A stretch of 64,000 nucleotides of DNA from an uncultured Actinomycetes bacterium (GTDB taxonomy: Bacteria > Actinomycetota > Acidimicrobiia > IMCC26256 > DASPTH01), in the NCBI GenBank assembly GCA_963721435.1, contig CAVRJC010000007.1:11843-75842 (forward strand). The letters run 5' to 3'. A program made the position numbers and the translations under genes. Every line of letters begins with the position of its first letter. Position 1 is the first letter of the stretch. Under the pieces are notes generated by a model, which saw only the letters and a program-made list of their open reading frames with translations, did not search any database and was not told the origin of the DNA. Positions 37,526 through 46,798 of this stretch are shown here, piece by piece.

Positions 37526-40047
37526 CTGCTGCTCGCCCCCCGAAAGGTCTCCCGCGCGTCGCGTCGACGAGTCGCGAGCGCGGGGAACACATCGAGGGCA
37601 TCGCGGGTCGCGACGGTTGCGGCTGCGGCGTCGTCAGCAAGCCAACCGGCGAGGCGCAGGTTGTCGTCGACGCGAAGTGACGGGAAGACGCCCTGCCCGC
37701 CGGGCGCCTGCACGATCCCACGCGCCACGATCTGCTCCGGTGCGGCGTGGGTCGTGTCGACACCGTCGAACACGATCGTTCCCCGACTGGGTGACAGGAG
37801 GCCGGAGATCGTGCGGAGCAGCGTCGACTTCCCGGAGCCGTTCGTTCCGAGCAGGGCGACGATCTCTCCCCGTCCCACGTCGAGATCCACGCCGAACAGC
37901 ACTTGGATGCCCTCGTATGCCACATCGAGGTCGCGCACGGTGAGCAGGGCACCCGGCGAGGGCGCGACTGCCGGGCGCACCGCGCCGGCCCGCGACGTGG
38001 CAGGAGCCTGCGCGCGATCCGCGACGAGGCTCGGCGCGGAGATGCCACGTCGCACCGCGACCCGCCGAAGCCAGATGTCGCGGAGGTCGGCGAACACCGC
38101 GCCGAGCCCGCCGCGGAAGAGGAGGAGCACGAGGAGCATCGCCGACCCGGTCGCGAGGATCTGCCACTCGACGGGGAGCCACCACGTCACGCCGCGGACG
38201 AGAAAGGCTCCGAACAGGGCGCCCGGGATGGATCCCAGGCCACCGATCACGACCATTGCGAACACGACCAGGCTCTCACCGGCGGTGTACGAGTCGAGCT
38301 GGAGCCCGTTCTGGTGGTGCACGAAGAGCGCTCCCGCGAACGCGGCGAGAAACCCGGACATCGCGAACGCGCCGAGCGTCGTCCGCCGCGTGTTCACCCC
38401 GTAGGAGCTCGCGGCCTGCTCGTTCTCTCGAATCGCGACGAGAACGCGGCCGGTGCGACTGCGCCGGATCCCGTAGACGGCGACGACCGCGAGCGCGAGC
38501 GCGATGAGGCACAAGAAGTAGTAGCTGCGCTCCGAGCTGACGTTGATCACGCCGAACAGATCGGTTCGTTCGATCCTCGGCGGAGGGAGCCAGTCGAGCT
38601 CCTTGCCGGGCCCGAACACCTGCGGATTGAGCAACCAGGCAGTCGTCGCGAGGGAGAAGGCGAGGGTCACGACCGCGATCGTGAGGCCGCGCCGCCGGAG
38701 CACCGGAAGGCCGATCACGACGGCGACGCCCGCACCGACGGCTCCGGCAGCCAGCATCCCGATGCTGAGATCCCAACCCCACCGTGCGGTGATCGACCCG
38801 GCGACCGCTGCCCCGACGCCCACGAAGGCCATCTGCCCCAGGCTCACTTCTCCCGCCCAGCCGGTGAGAACGACGAGCGACAGCGCGATCACCCCGTAGA
38901 TCAGAGCGACCGACGCCAGGTTCGTCCGGCTCTCGCTGAACACGAAGGGGACGGCTGTGAGCGCGGCCGCGACGAGCGCGACCAGGCCGATGCCCGCACC
39001 GCGCACTTCGGGGAGACGCGCGAGCTCGCGTGGCACGGGTCGGGGCTCTCGCACCGCGCGCCATGCCGAGGGTTCGATGCGGCCGCGCAGCCCCGTACCC
39101 GCGGGCGTGCACCACAACGCGACGACCACGACCACGAAGAGCACGGGCTGGACGTATTGCGGCTGGTTCCAGCCCCACACGACCGACTGCTCGATGATCC
39201 CCAATGCGATCGCGGCGATCGCGATCGTCGGGAGCCGTTCCATGCGCCCGATGACCGCCGCCGCGAGCGCGGGCAGCAGGAGCGACGGACCGAGCACGGT
39301 CCCGATCGACAGTCCCACGATGCCGGCACGGAGGAAGACGGCGAGGAATCCGAGCGAACCGGCGATCATCCACACGACCATGTGCACCCGCCGCACCGGG
39401 ATGCCGAGCAGTGCCGCGCGGTCGGCGTCGTCGGCGCACGCGCGCATGGCGACTCCGACACGGGTACGCAGGAAGAGCGCGAGCCCGATGAACGCGAGGG
39501 GGATCAGGATCACGGCGATGACGTCGTTGCCGCTGAAGCGCAGTGGCTCGATCGTGAACGATGCGTCGAACGGGGCAGGGAAGCTCTGCGGTGGAGTGGA
39601 GACGTCGAACCATCTGGGGAGGAGGAGGCCGAGCCCGGCGAGCACCTGGGCGAGACCGATCGTCGCGACGGTGAGTATGAGGCGCGGTGAGCGGAAGAAC
39701 CTTCTGATCACGACGAGCTCGACGATCGCTCCGAGCGCGGCCGCGGCGGCGAGCCCGACCGTGAACGCGACCAGCCAGCTCGCGCCGCTGCTCACCACCA
39801 GCAACACTGCCAGCGACGCGGGTGCCGCGCCGAGGTCGCCCTGCGCGAAGTTGAGGATGCGGTTCGCGCGGTAGACGAGCGCGAGCCCCAACGCGAGAAG
39901 CGCGCTCAACCCGCCGAGCAGCGCTCCTTGGACCACGATTCCCGCCGGCGGCGCCCACAGCCATTGCACGACCGCGAGGAACACGCCCGCGCCCGCGACC
40001 AACGCGAGCGCTCGGAGGGCCAGCACCGCCGCCGGCCGGGCAACCAC
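37501..40047 (-). CDS. fused LivH-like and LivM-like permeases plus the N-terminal half of a LivF-like ATPase; the frame breaks near 37545-37560
   Basis: Two branched-chain-amino-acid-type permease domains, a roughly 50-aa linker, then LLTVRDLDVAYEGIQVLFGVDLDVGRGEIVALLGTNGSGKSTLL. The frame ends at ...ALATRRRDARETFRG, while the adjacent frame reads AGDLSGGEQQM. A 1-nt deletion relative to an intact gene is implied. The GTG start at 40047 is proposed to avoid the divergent secreted-protein gene. Confidence 0.7.
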   Translation of the reverse strand: MVARPAAVLALRALALVAGAGVFLAVVQWLWAPPAGIVVQGALLGGLSALLALGLALVYRANRILNFAQGDLGAAPASLAVLLVVSSGASWLVAFTVGLAAAAALGAIVELVVIRRFFRSPRLILTVATIGLAQVLAGLGLLLPRWFDVSTPPQSFPAPFDASFTIEPLRFSGNDVIAVILIPLAFIGLALFLRTRVGVAMRACADDADRAALLGIPVRRVHMVVWMIAGSLGFLAVFLRAGIVGLSIGTVLGPSLLLPALAAAVIGRMERLPTIAIAAIALGIIEQSVVWGWNQPQYVQPVLFVVVVVALWCTPAGTGLRGRIEPSAWRAVREPRPVPRELARLPEVRGAGIGLVALVAAALTAVPFVFSESRTNLASVALIYGVIALSLVVLTGWAGEVSLGQMAFVGVGAAVAGSITARWGWDLSIGMLAAGAVGAGVAVVIGLPVLRRRGLTIAVVTLAFSLATTAWLLNPQVFGPGKELDWLPPPRIERTDLFGVINVSSERSYYFLCLIALALAVVAVYGIRRSRTGRVLVAIRENEQAASSYGVNTRRTTLGAFAMSGFLAAFAGALFVHHQNGLQLDSYTAGESLVVFAMVVIGGLGSIPGALFGAFLVRGVTWWLPVEWQILATGSAMLLVLLLFRGGLGAVFADLRDIWLRRVAVRRGISAPSLVADRAQAPATSRAGAVRPAVAPSPGALLTVRDLDVAYEGIQVLFGVDLDVGRGEIVALLGTNGSGKSTLLRTISGLLSPSRGTIVFDGVDTTHAAPEQIVARGIVQAPGGQGVFPSLRVDDNLRLAGWLADDAAAATVATRDALDVFPALATRRRDARETFRGASSRCSRSRWR

Positions 40048-40131
40048 CCGCGCATCGCGACGTCGGGACGCGTGCTCCAAGGACGCCAGTATGGGCGAAG
40101 CCGTGCCGCGCCGCTCGTACACTGCCGCCGC

Positions 40132-40851
40132 ATGACGAACCTCGCTCGCAAATTCAGTGCGCCCGTCTTGCTGGTTGCGGTCGCCGCCGGAGCACTGTCG
40201 GTCGCGCCCGCGGCGAGCGCCGCGAGCAGCAACGACGCGAAGATCGCCCAGGCGGGCGTGCTGGTCTCGTCCGACCTGCCCACCACGTGGTCGCAACACA
40301 AGCGGGACACGTCCTCGGACAAGGCGACGGCCGCGGCGGCGGCGAAGATCCCGAGCTGCAAGGCCTACCGGTCGTTCCGTCAGTCTCTCGACTCGGTGAA
40401 GCGATCACGGGCCGAGTCGCCCGATTTCGAGCTCGGACAGTCGAGCTTCAACAACACCGTGAATGTGTTCGCGAACGAGAAGTCGGCCAGTCGAGCGCTT
40501 GCAATGTTCGGCAGCTCGTCGATCGCGACCTGCACCGACAAGCTGTTCACGGTGTTGTTCCAGAAGCAGGTCGCGTCGGACAAGAAGACGGCGGCGCAGG
40601 TGCAGGGCATCGAAGTCGACGTGCAGCCCTACGACATCACGAACTACGGCGACGACACCGTCGCGTACGAAGGCAGCGCCACCGTCACGTTCAAGGACGG
40701 CACGACGCTCCAGATCGGGCTCGGCAACACGGCGGTGCGAGTCGGGCGTGCGGTGAGCGACTACAGCTACACGCTGTTCGAGCAGGACGCGGTCGACGCG
40801 CTTTCACCCGCCGTCGAGAAGTCGATCGCGCGGCTCCAAGCGGCTCTCTGA
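40132..40851 (+). CDS. secreted hypothetical protein
   Basis: ATG at 40132 with Sec signal MTNLARKFSAPVLLVAVAAGALSVAPAASAASS. The upstream part of the listed ORF looks like spurious high-GC sequence. Confidence 0.6.
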   Translation: MTNLARKFSAPVLLVAVAAGALSVAPAASAASSNDAKIAQAGVLVSSDLPTTWSQHKRDTSSDKATAAAAAKIPSCKAYRSFRQSLDSVKRSRAESPDFELGQSSFNNTVNVFANEKSASRALAMFGSSSIATCTDKLFTVLFQKQVASDKKTAAQVQGIEVDVQPYDITNYGDDTVAYEGSATVTFKDGTTLQIGLGNTAVRVGRAVSDYSYTLFEQDAVDALSPAVEKSIARLQAAL

Positions 40852-41640
40852 GCGTCGGGTACCCAGACCTTCCCTTCGATGCGGGCGACCGCATCGTCGA
40901 CGACAGGGAGTGCGGCGAGCTCGGTGGCCGCGCGCGACATCGCGCGCGCGCTGAGCAACGCGTCGAAGGCGTCCTCACTCGCGATCGCCGCGTCCCGGAA
41001 CTGCTCGTCGAGCTCGGGAGCGTTCGCCTGCAGGAACGCGCGTCGTGCGTCGGCGCGTGCCTTCACGACCGGACCGGTGAACACCCGCGGGTAGATCTCG
41101 ACGACGGCCGGGAGGCTCGGCTGGTCGTGGAACGGCCAGATGCGGAACCCGGCGGCGCGGAGCCGGGCCAGCACCGGGAAGCCGCGGATCGACCCGGTAC
41201 CGACACTGCCCGCCCCGCCGACCTGGAACGTGGACTTCACCCGGGTCCCGCCGATCGCCGGCAGCTGCGTCTCCGTCTGCCGGAAGTGCGCAGGGAGCTC
41301 GGGACGGCGGGCGCCGGCACGGCCCCAGAACGGCGGCGCGCACTCGGAGAGCCACGTCTCACCGGAACGTGGTCGCCTCGTCCCACAGCACGTCGGCCGA
41401 CGAGAGCCCGCGTTCCGCCAGGAACCAGGTGGGGAATGAGAAGGAGAAGTCGAGCCCGACCGCGAGCGCCGAGTCGTCATCGGCGATCTCGATGACGTGT
41501 TGCGCGACCTCCTCGCGCGTGCGCCCGCACTCGAGCCGATGGATGGCCCCGTCCCGCGCTTCGGCGATCCAGATGGCGTGGCGCTCACCGGCCCGGCGCC
41601 CGGACCAGTCGACCGCGAGCACCCTCACGCCGTGGCCCAT
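40767..41640 (-). pseudogene. conserved hypothetical protein (possibly DUF429 / RNase-H-like fold) split across two frames
   Basis: The N-terminal part (MGHGVRVLAVDWSGRRAGERHAIWIAEARDG...LDFSFSFPTWFLAERGLSSADVLWDEATTFR, then stop at 41359) and the C-terminal part (...RIWPFHDQPSLPAVVEIYPRVFTGPVVKARADARRAFLQANAPELDEQFRDAAIASEDAFDALLSARAM...) are in different frames, implying a frameshift near 41355-41362. The ATG at 41640 or the GTG at 41628 overlaps the pirin stop (GTGA). Confidence 0.45.
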
Positions 41641-42329
41641 ACCAGGATCTCGGTGACCTCGTCGCCGGCCGCCAGCGCGATCGCGTTCGCATCGGTGATG
41701 CGCGCCGCGTCGCCGGTACCCAGCTCGTGGGCTCCCGCGAGCACGGCCGAACCGATCGGCACGTAGACATGCAGGTGTGGCGAGTCGGGCAGCGTGATCT
41801 CCCCGCCCGCGGCGAGGCGCGCCGCGAAGAGGGTCGCGTCGCGCTGGTGGATCGTGATCGCGCCCTCGTGGCCCTGACCGGAGGCGACGGGCACGAGCCC
41901 CCCGCGTGCGAGGGCGTCGTTCACGTCGAGCTGCTCGTAGCTCGGGTCGATGCCGGTGGTGTCGGGGAGCACCCACATCTGCACGAGGTGCACGTCGGCG
42001 GTGCGGCTCGCGTTCATCTCGGAATGGGTGATGCCCGATCCCGCACTCATGCGCTGCGCCAGGCCCGGGTAGATCACGCCCACGGTGCCGATGCTGTCGC
42101 GGTGCTCGAGCTCGCCGTCGAGCACCCAGGTGACGATCTCCATGTCGCGGTGGGGATGCGTGCCGAAGCCGCCGCCTGCGCGCACGATGTCGTCGTTGTT
42201 CACGATGAGGAGCCCGTGCCCGGTGTTCGCGGGGTCGCGGTGCGGCCCGAAGCTGAAGCTGTGCCAGGAATCCAGCCAGTCGAGCTGCGTGTGGAACCGG
42301 TCACCGGCCTTGCGGATGTCGACGTCCAT
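41625..42329 (-). CDS. pirin family cupin protein
   Basis: GFGTHPHRDMEIVTWVLDGELEHRDSIG is the pirin N-terminal cupin metal-site motif. Confidence 0.9.
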   Translation of the reverse strand: MDVDIRKAGDRFHTQLDWLDSWHSFSFGPHRDPANTGHGLLIVNNDDIVRAGGGFGTHPHRDMEIVTWVLDGELEHRDSIGTVGVIYPGLAQRMSAGSGITHSEMNASRTADVHLVQMWVLPDTTGIDPSYEQLDVNDALARGGLVPVASGQGHEGAITIHQRDATLFAARLAAGGEITLPDSPHLHVYVPIGSAVLAGAHELGTGDAARITDANAIALAAGDEVTEILVWATA

Positions 42330-42383
42330 GCCCCCATCGTCGCGCGCGACCGACCGCAGTTTCCCTGTGACCCATCCTCATCT

Positions 42384-42585
42384 GGGTCGTTCAGGCTCGC
42401 GGGTCGTGATGGACCGCGTGACACCGGAGGCGCTCGCCTTCGCTCTGCTCTTTGGGTCGTTCAGGCTCGCGGGTCGTGATGGACCGCGTGACACCGGAGG
42501 CGCTCGCCTTCGCTCTGCTCTTTGGGTTGCTCAGGCTCGCGGGTCGTGATGGACCGCGTGACACCGGAGGCGCTCGCCTTCGCTC
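42384..42585. repeat. tandem direct repeat: three copies of a 70-bp unit (MIRU-like) in the pirin / LMW-PTP divergent intergenic region
   Basis: Copies 42384-42453 and 42454-42523 are identical (GGGTCGTTCAGGCTCGCGGGTCGTGATGGACCGCGTGACACCGGAGGCGCTCGCCTTCGCTCTGCTCTTT). The third copy, 42524-42585, has 2 substitutions and is truncated. Each unit contains an ATG. The one in copy 3 (42549) is in frame with the PTP gene. Confidence 0.95.
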
Positions 42586-42599
42586 CTAGTCTCTTCCGG

Positions 42600-43127
42600 A
42601 TGCCGAACGTGATCACTTTGTGCACGGGCAACGCCGCGCGTTCGGTGATGGCCGGTGCGATCCTCGTCGACCGGGTGCCCGGCCTCGACGTCGACACCCG
42701 GGGTACCGCGGTCATCGAAGGCCTGGTCATGAGCTGGCGCACCCGCGCCGCGCTCGAGGCCCTCGGCCTCCGCGCCGACAGCCACCGGAGCCGGCAGCTC
42801 ACGAGCGACGATCTCGCGCGTGCCGACCTCGTCATCGCGATGGCCGGTGAGCACGTCGAGTACATCCGCCGGGTCGAGCCGGCCGCCGCCGACCGCACCG
42901 GCACGCTGCGCCGGCTCGCGCGCGACCTGCCGCTCACATCCGGAGAGCTCCGAGAGCGCATCGCCGCGCTCCAGCTGCACGAAGCCCACCTCGAGCCGTG
43001 GGAAGACATCGAAGACCCGGTGAGCGGCGATGTCGAGCAGTTCCATCGCTGCGTGCGCGAGATCGCCGCGTTGCTCGACGATCTCGTCCCCCTGCTCGCG
43101 GTCGAGGTCACGGAGGCACGGGGGTGA
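42600..43127 (+). CDS. low-molecular-weight protein-tyrosine phosphatase (LMW-PTP family)
   Basis: P-loop CTGNAARS (CX5R) at residues 8-15 of MPNVITLCTGNAARSVMA, plus a DP-containing general-acid loop (EDIEDPVSG). ATG at 42600. An alternative in-frame start lies inside repeat copy 3 (42549). Confidence 0.85.
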   Translation: MPNVITLCTGNAARSVMAGAILVDRVPGLDVDTRGTAVIEGLVMSWRTRAALEALGLRADSHRSRQLTSDDLARADLVIAMAGEHVEYIRRVEPAAADRTGTLRRLARDLPLTSGELRERIAALQLHEAHLEPWEDIEDPVSGDVEQFHRCVREIAALLDDLVPLLAVEVTEARG

Positions 43128-44389
43128 GAATTCGGGCGTGGCGAGGGGTATCGCGACGTGCCGCCGGTGTCGTGCCAATCGCCGTCCTCGGGGTGCTCAC
43201 GCTGACGGTCACCACCGCCTCGGGCCAGCAGACGACCGCGCCGAGCACGACTGCGCCGGCGTCGACGTCGCCATCGCCGGGATTCACGGCGACGTCCGTG
43301 AAGGTCGGGGGCCTCGGCTGGGCGCTCCAGTACGGCGGTGCCGACGTCGGTGCCCGCGCGCGGTTCGCACGGGCGAACGCGTCGGGAGGCGTGAACGGCC
43401 GCACGATCGACTACGTGGGGTTCCGCGACGACGGCGGTGATCCCGCGGCGAGCGCCAAGGCCGCCGCGCAGCTCGTGCAGCAGGACCACGTCTTCGCGGT
43501 GGTGCCGGCGGTCACGCCGGTCCTCGCGCCGGCTGATCTCGTCGCCGGCAAGGTCCCGTACTTCGGGTGGGCGCTCTCGTCGCAGTTCTGTCAGACCAAG
43601 TTGGGGTTCGGCTTCAACGGCTGTCTGTTTCCTCCGGGCGACTCGGTCACGAGCGGCGCCTGGGGCAACGTCCTCGCGAAGGCGATGGGCGGCGGGGCAC
43701 AGGGGAAGACGGTCGCGCTGCTCACCGAGAACACCGACTCCGGCACCGCGGCGTTCGACTCGCTGTCGGCGTCCCTGAAGGCAGCCGGCTTCGACGTCGT
43801 GATGGGCGAGCGGTCGCTGCCGGTGCCGGCGGTCGGCGATTTCGGCGGCCTGGCGAAGAAGATCATGTCGAGCAGCTCCGGCAAGGCGCCCGACGTCGTG
43901 CTCGCGGTGGGCTCCTACTCCAACATCGCGCTCGTGAAGAGCGCGCTCGCCGATGCGAGCTTCAAGGGTGTCTTCACCGACTCGATCGAATACGACCCGC
44001 AGCTGGTGGTCGCCGCCGAGGGCTCGATGGTCTTCGTGCAGACTGCACCGGTCGAGAGCGCCAGCACGCTCCCGGCGATGCAGCAGCTGATCGACGACGT
44101 CCACAAGGTTGCCCCCACGCAGCCGATCGACCCCGCTGTCATCGCGGGGTACCTGTCGGCCGACCTGTTCCTGCAAGTGCTCGCGCAGCGACCCACTGAT
44201 CTGTCCGTGGCATCGTTCCTGACCGCCGCGAACCGGTACGTGTACGAGGTGCCGGGCCTGGTCGGCCCGACGAAGTTCCCGAAGGCCCGCACGCAGCCGG
44301 CACCGTGCGGCAGCCTCGTGCAGAGCGACGGCACCGCGTTCTCGGTGAAGGTCCCGTACACCTGCAGCAAGAACGCTCAGGTCGGATGA
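43124..44389 (+). CDS. ABC-type substrate-binding protein (periplasmic binding protein type I / Leu-Ile-Val-binding-like), secreted
   Basis: The GTG at 43124 overlaps the PTP stop (GTGA). Signal peptide AAGVVPIAVLGVLTLTVTTASG, then a Thr/Ala/Pro-rich linker and the binding domain. Confidence 0.8.
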   Translation: MRIRAWRGVSRRAAGVVPIAVLGVLTLTVTTASGQQTTAPSTTAPASTSPSPGFTATSVKVGGLGWALQYGGADVGARARFARANASGGVNGRTIDYVGFRDDGGDPAASAKAAAQLVQQDHVFAVVPAVTPVLAPADLVAGKVPYFGWALSSQFCQTKLGFGFNGCLFPPGDSVTSGAWGNVLAKAMGGGAQGKTVALLTENTDSGTAAFDSLSASLKAAGFDVVMGERSLPVPAVGDFGGLAKKIMSSSSGKAPDVVLAVGSYSNIALVKSALADASFKGVFTDSIEYDPQLVVAAEGSMVFVQTAPVESASTLPAMQQLIDDVHKVAPTQPIDPAVIAGYLSADLFLQVLAQRPTDLSVASFLTAANRYVYEVPGLVGPTKFPKARTQPAPCGSLVQSDGTAFSVKVPYTCSKNAQVG

Positions 44390-45618
44390 CGCGGGCGCGA
44401 GTCACGGCCGGGTGGCTGGTCGCGGCACTCGTCGCAGCGTGCGCGTCGGTTCCCGGTGGGCTTGTAGCGGATGCCGACGCCGCGACCACGACACCCGGTG
44501 TCACGCCATCGAGCATCACCGTCGCGGGCATCGTCACCGGTGACCCGACGACGGCCGGCGCCGACGTCGGCGTGCAGGCCCGGTTGTACCGCGAGAACGC
44601 GCGCGGGGGAGTCGGTGGGCGCATCATCGAGTACTTCGGGACGGAAGTCGATCACGGTGTCGCGGCCGAGCACACCGCCGCGATCGCGAAGCTCGCGCCG
44701 TCGGTGTTCGCGCTCGTGCCCGTCCTCACGCCCGCGATCGACACCGCCGCGCTCGACCGTCAGCGCATCCCGTACTTCGGGCCCGCCACGACGACCGCGT
44801 GGCAGGGCAGCACGATCGGCTTCGGGACCACCGGTGCCGAAGCCGTCGAGCATCCCCGCACCGCGAGCCCGGCGTGGGGCCTGCTGCTGCGCGACATGCT
44901 CGGCTCCGCTGCGGGGAAGACGGCCATCGTCGCGGTCGACAACAGCGCGCTCGGCGTCGCGCGCTCCGATCAAGCGCGCGCGTCGCTCCGCGCGGCCGGG
45001 TTCACTGTGCTCGACCCCGTCGTCGTCGCGTCGGCCGCACCGGCTCCGGTCCCCGATCTCGCTCCGTACGCGACCGCGCTCGTCGCGGCCAAGCCCGATG
45101 TCGCGCTCCTCCTGACGCCGCCCGCGATCGCGGCCGGGCTGGCGGCCAAGCTCGCCGCGCTCGGCTACACCGGCACGGTCGGGAGTGACACGCTCTACGA
45201 CCCCGCGACACCGTCGATCTCGAATGGCCTCACCACGCTCACCACGGTGGCACCGGTCGAGCAGGACACCGCCGCGAACCGGCGGATGGCGGTCGACGTC
45301 CGCGCGATCAAGGTCGACCAGGTGATCACTCCCGCGGTCGTGGCGGGGTACTGGGCGGCCGACCTCTTCGTCGCCATCCTGCGCAAGGCCGGCAAGCAGC
45401 TCACGGTGAAGCGGTTCCTCGCGGTCGCCAACGGCGGGTCGTTCCGCCACGCGGTCACGGGCACCGTCGGCCCGACCACCTGGCCGGCGATGCACGAGCA
45501 GGGTGTCCCGTGTGGCGCGTTGGTCCAGAGCGACGGCACGCAGTACTTCCTCGCGCAGCCCTACCGCTGCGGCGCGACGATCAAGCTCCCGAGGCGCACC
45601 GGATCGGGCACGAAGTAA
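44386..45618 (+). CDS. ABC-type substrate-binding protein, paralog of the upstream gene
   Basis: The ATG at 44386 overlaps the previous stop (ATGA). Signal peptide TAGWLVAALVAACASVPG. It shares the fold and motifs of the previous SBP, for example the C-terminal PCGALVQSDGTQYF versus PCGSLVQSDGTAFS. Confidence 0.8.
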   Translation: MTRARVTAGWLVAALVAACASVPGGLVADADAATTTPGVTPSSITVAGIVTGDPTTAGADVGVQARLYRENARGGVGGRIIEYFGTEVDHGVAAEHTAAIAKLAPSVFALVPVLTPAIDTAALDRQRIPYFGPATTTAWQGSTIGFGTTGAEAVEHPRTASPAWGLLLRDMLGSAAGKTAIVAVDNSALGVARSDQARASLRAAGFTVLDPVVVASAAPAPVPDLAPYATALVAAKPDVALLLTPPAIAAGLAAKLAALGYTGTVGSDTLYDPATPSISNGLTTLTTVAPVEQDTAANRRMAVDVRAIKVDQVITPAVVAGYWAADLFVAILRKAGKQLTVKRFLAVANGGSFRHAVTGTVGPTTWPAMHEQGVPCGALVQSDGTQYFLAQPYRCGATIKLPRRTGSGTK

Positions 45619-45628
45619 CGTCCGGCGC

Positions 45629-46798
45629 GTGACGGGGTCGCTGACGTTCGAGCCGTTCCGCATCGCCATCGACGACGCCGCGCTCGAGGACCTCCACGAA
45701 CGCCTCGTGCGGGCGCGGCTCTCGGCCGCGATACCCGATGCCGGTTGGGACTACGGCACCGACCGCGACTACCTCGCCGAGCTCGTCGCGTACTGGCGCG
45801 ACGAGTACGACTGGCGGCGCGCCGAAGCACGCCTGAACGCGCACGAGCAGTTCCTCACCGAGATCGACGGCGCCCGGGTGCACGCGCTCCACGCGCGGTC
45901 ACCGGAGCCCGACGCACTGCCGCTCGTGCTGGTCCACGGCTGGCCCGGCTCGATCGTGGAGTTCCTCGACATCGTCGGGCCATTGTCGGATCCGCGCGCG
46001 CACGGCGGTGACCCGGCCGACGCGTTCCACGTGTTGTGCCCCTCGATCCCGGGTTATGGGTTCTCCGGGCCGACGCGCGACCGCGGGTGGGATCCTCGAC
46101 GAGTCGCGCGTGCGTTCGCCGCGCTCATGGCTGCTCTGGGTTACGACCGGTACGGCGCGCAGGGCGGTGACTGGGGATCGGCGATCGCGACGCAGCTCGC
46201 GTTGCACGACGCGTCGCACATGGTCGGCGTCCACCTGAACCTCGTGCTCGTCCCGCTGCCGCGCGACCTCGACCGTGACCACTTGTCCGACGCGGAACGT
46301 GCGGCGCTCGACGCGCGTGCGCGGTACAGCAACGACGACTCCGGCTACTCCAAGATCCAGGGCACCAAGCCGCAGACGATCGGCTACGCGCTCGACGACT
46401 CGCCCGTCGGGCTCGCGGCATGGATCATCGAGAAGTTCCGGACGTGGAGCGATTGCGACGGCGACATCGAACGGAGCTACACGAAGGATCAACTCCTCGA
46501 CAACGTGATGCTCTACTGGCTCACGGGCACCGCGCACTCCGCTGGCCGCCTCTACTACGAAGCCAGGAGATCGGGCCGAAGCTTCGCGCCCGGCGAGCGG
46601 GTCGAGGTCCCGACGGGGGTCGCGGCCTTCCCCCGGGAGATCGTGGGCACGCCGCGGGCCTGGGCCGAGCCGTACTACAACATCGTGCACTGGTCCGAGA
46701 TGCCCCGAGGTGGGCATTTTGCCGCGATGGAAGAGGGCGAGCTCCTGGTGGCCGACGTCCGAGCGTGCTTCCGGCCGTTGCGGGGTAAGGTCTCGTGA
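45629..46798 (+). CDS. epoxide hydrolase (microsomal EH-like alpha/beta hydrolase with N-terminal EHN domain)
   Basis: EHN region FEPFRIAIDDAALEDLHERL, then HGWPGS and GGDWGSAI nucleophile-elbow context. GTG start at 45629. Confidence 0.85.
   Translation: MTGSLTFEPFRIAIDDAALEDLHERLVRARLSAAIPDAGWDYGTDRDYLAELVAYWRDEYDWRRAEARLNAHEQFLTEIDGARVHALHARSPEPDALPLVLVHGWPGSIVEFLDIVGPLSDPRAHGGDPADAFHVLCPSIPGYGFSGPTRDRGWDPRRVARAFAALMAALGYDRYGAQGGDWGSAIATQLALHDASHMVGVHLNLVLVPLPRDLDRDHLSDAERAALDARARYSNDDSGYSKIQGTKPQTIGYALDDSPVGLAAWIIEKFRTWSDCDGDIERSYTKDQLLDNVMLYWLTGTAHSAGRLYYEARRSGRSFAPGERVEVPTGVAAFPREIVGTPRAWAEPYYNIVHWSEMPRGGHFAAMEEGELLVADVRACFRPLRGKVS

Noticed and set aside
37116-38048. 310-aa minus-strand ORF in the Liv region
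   Set aside because: It is the third frame across the ATPase region (Arg/Pro/Ser-rich, no motifs). The real coding frames are the two neighbouring ones that carry Walker, signature and permease motifs.
42384-42585. CRISPR array
   Set aside because: The only tandem repeats are three directly abutting 70-bp units with no spacers, and a 9-bp coding microsatellite. There is no repeat-spacer organisation and no cas genes.
42461-44176. 571-aa minus-strand ORF
   Set aside because: It is antisense to the repeat region, the PTP gene and SBP1, which have strong protein signatures on the plus strand.
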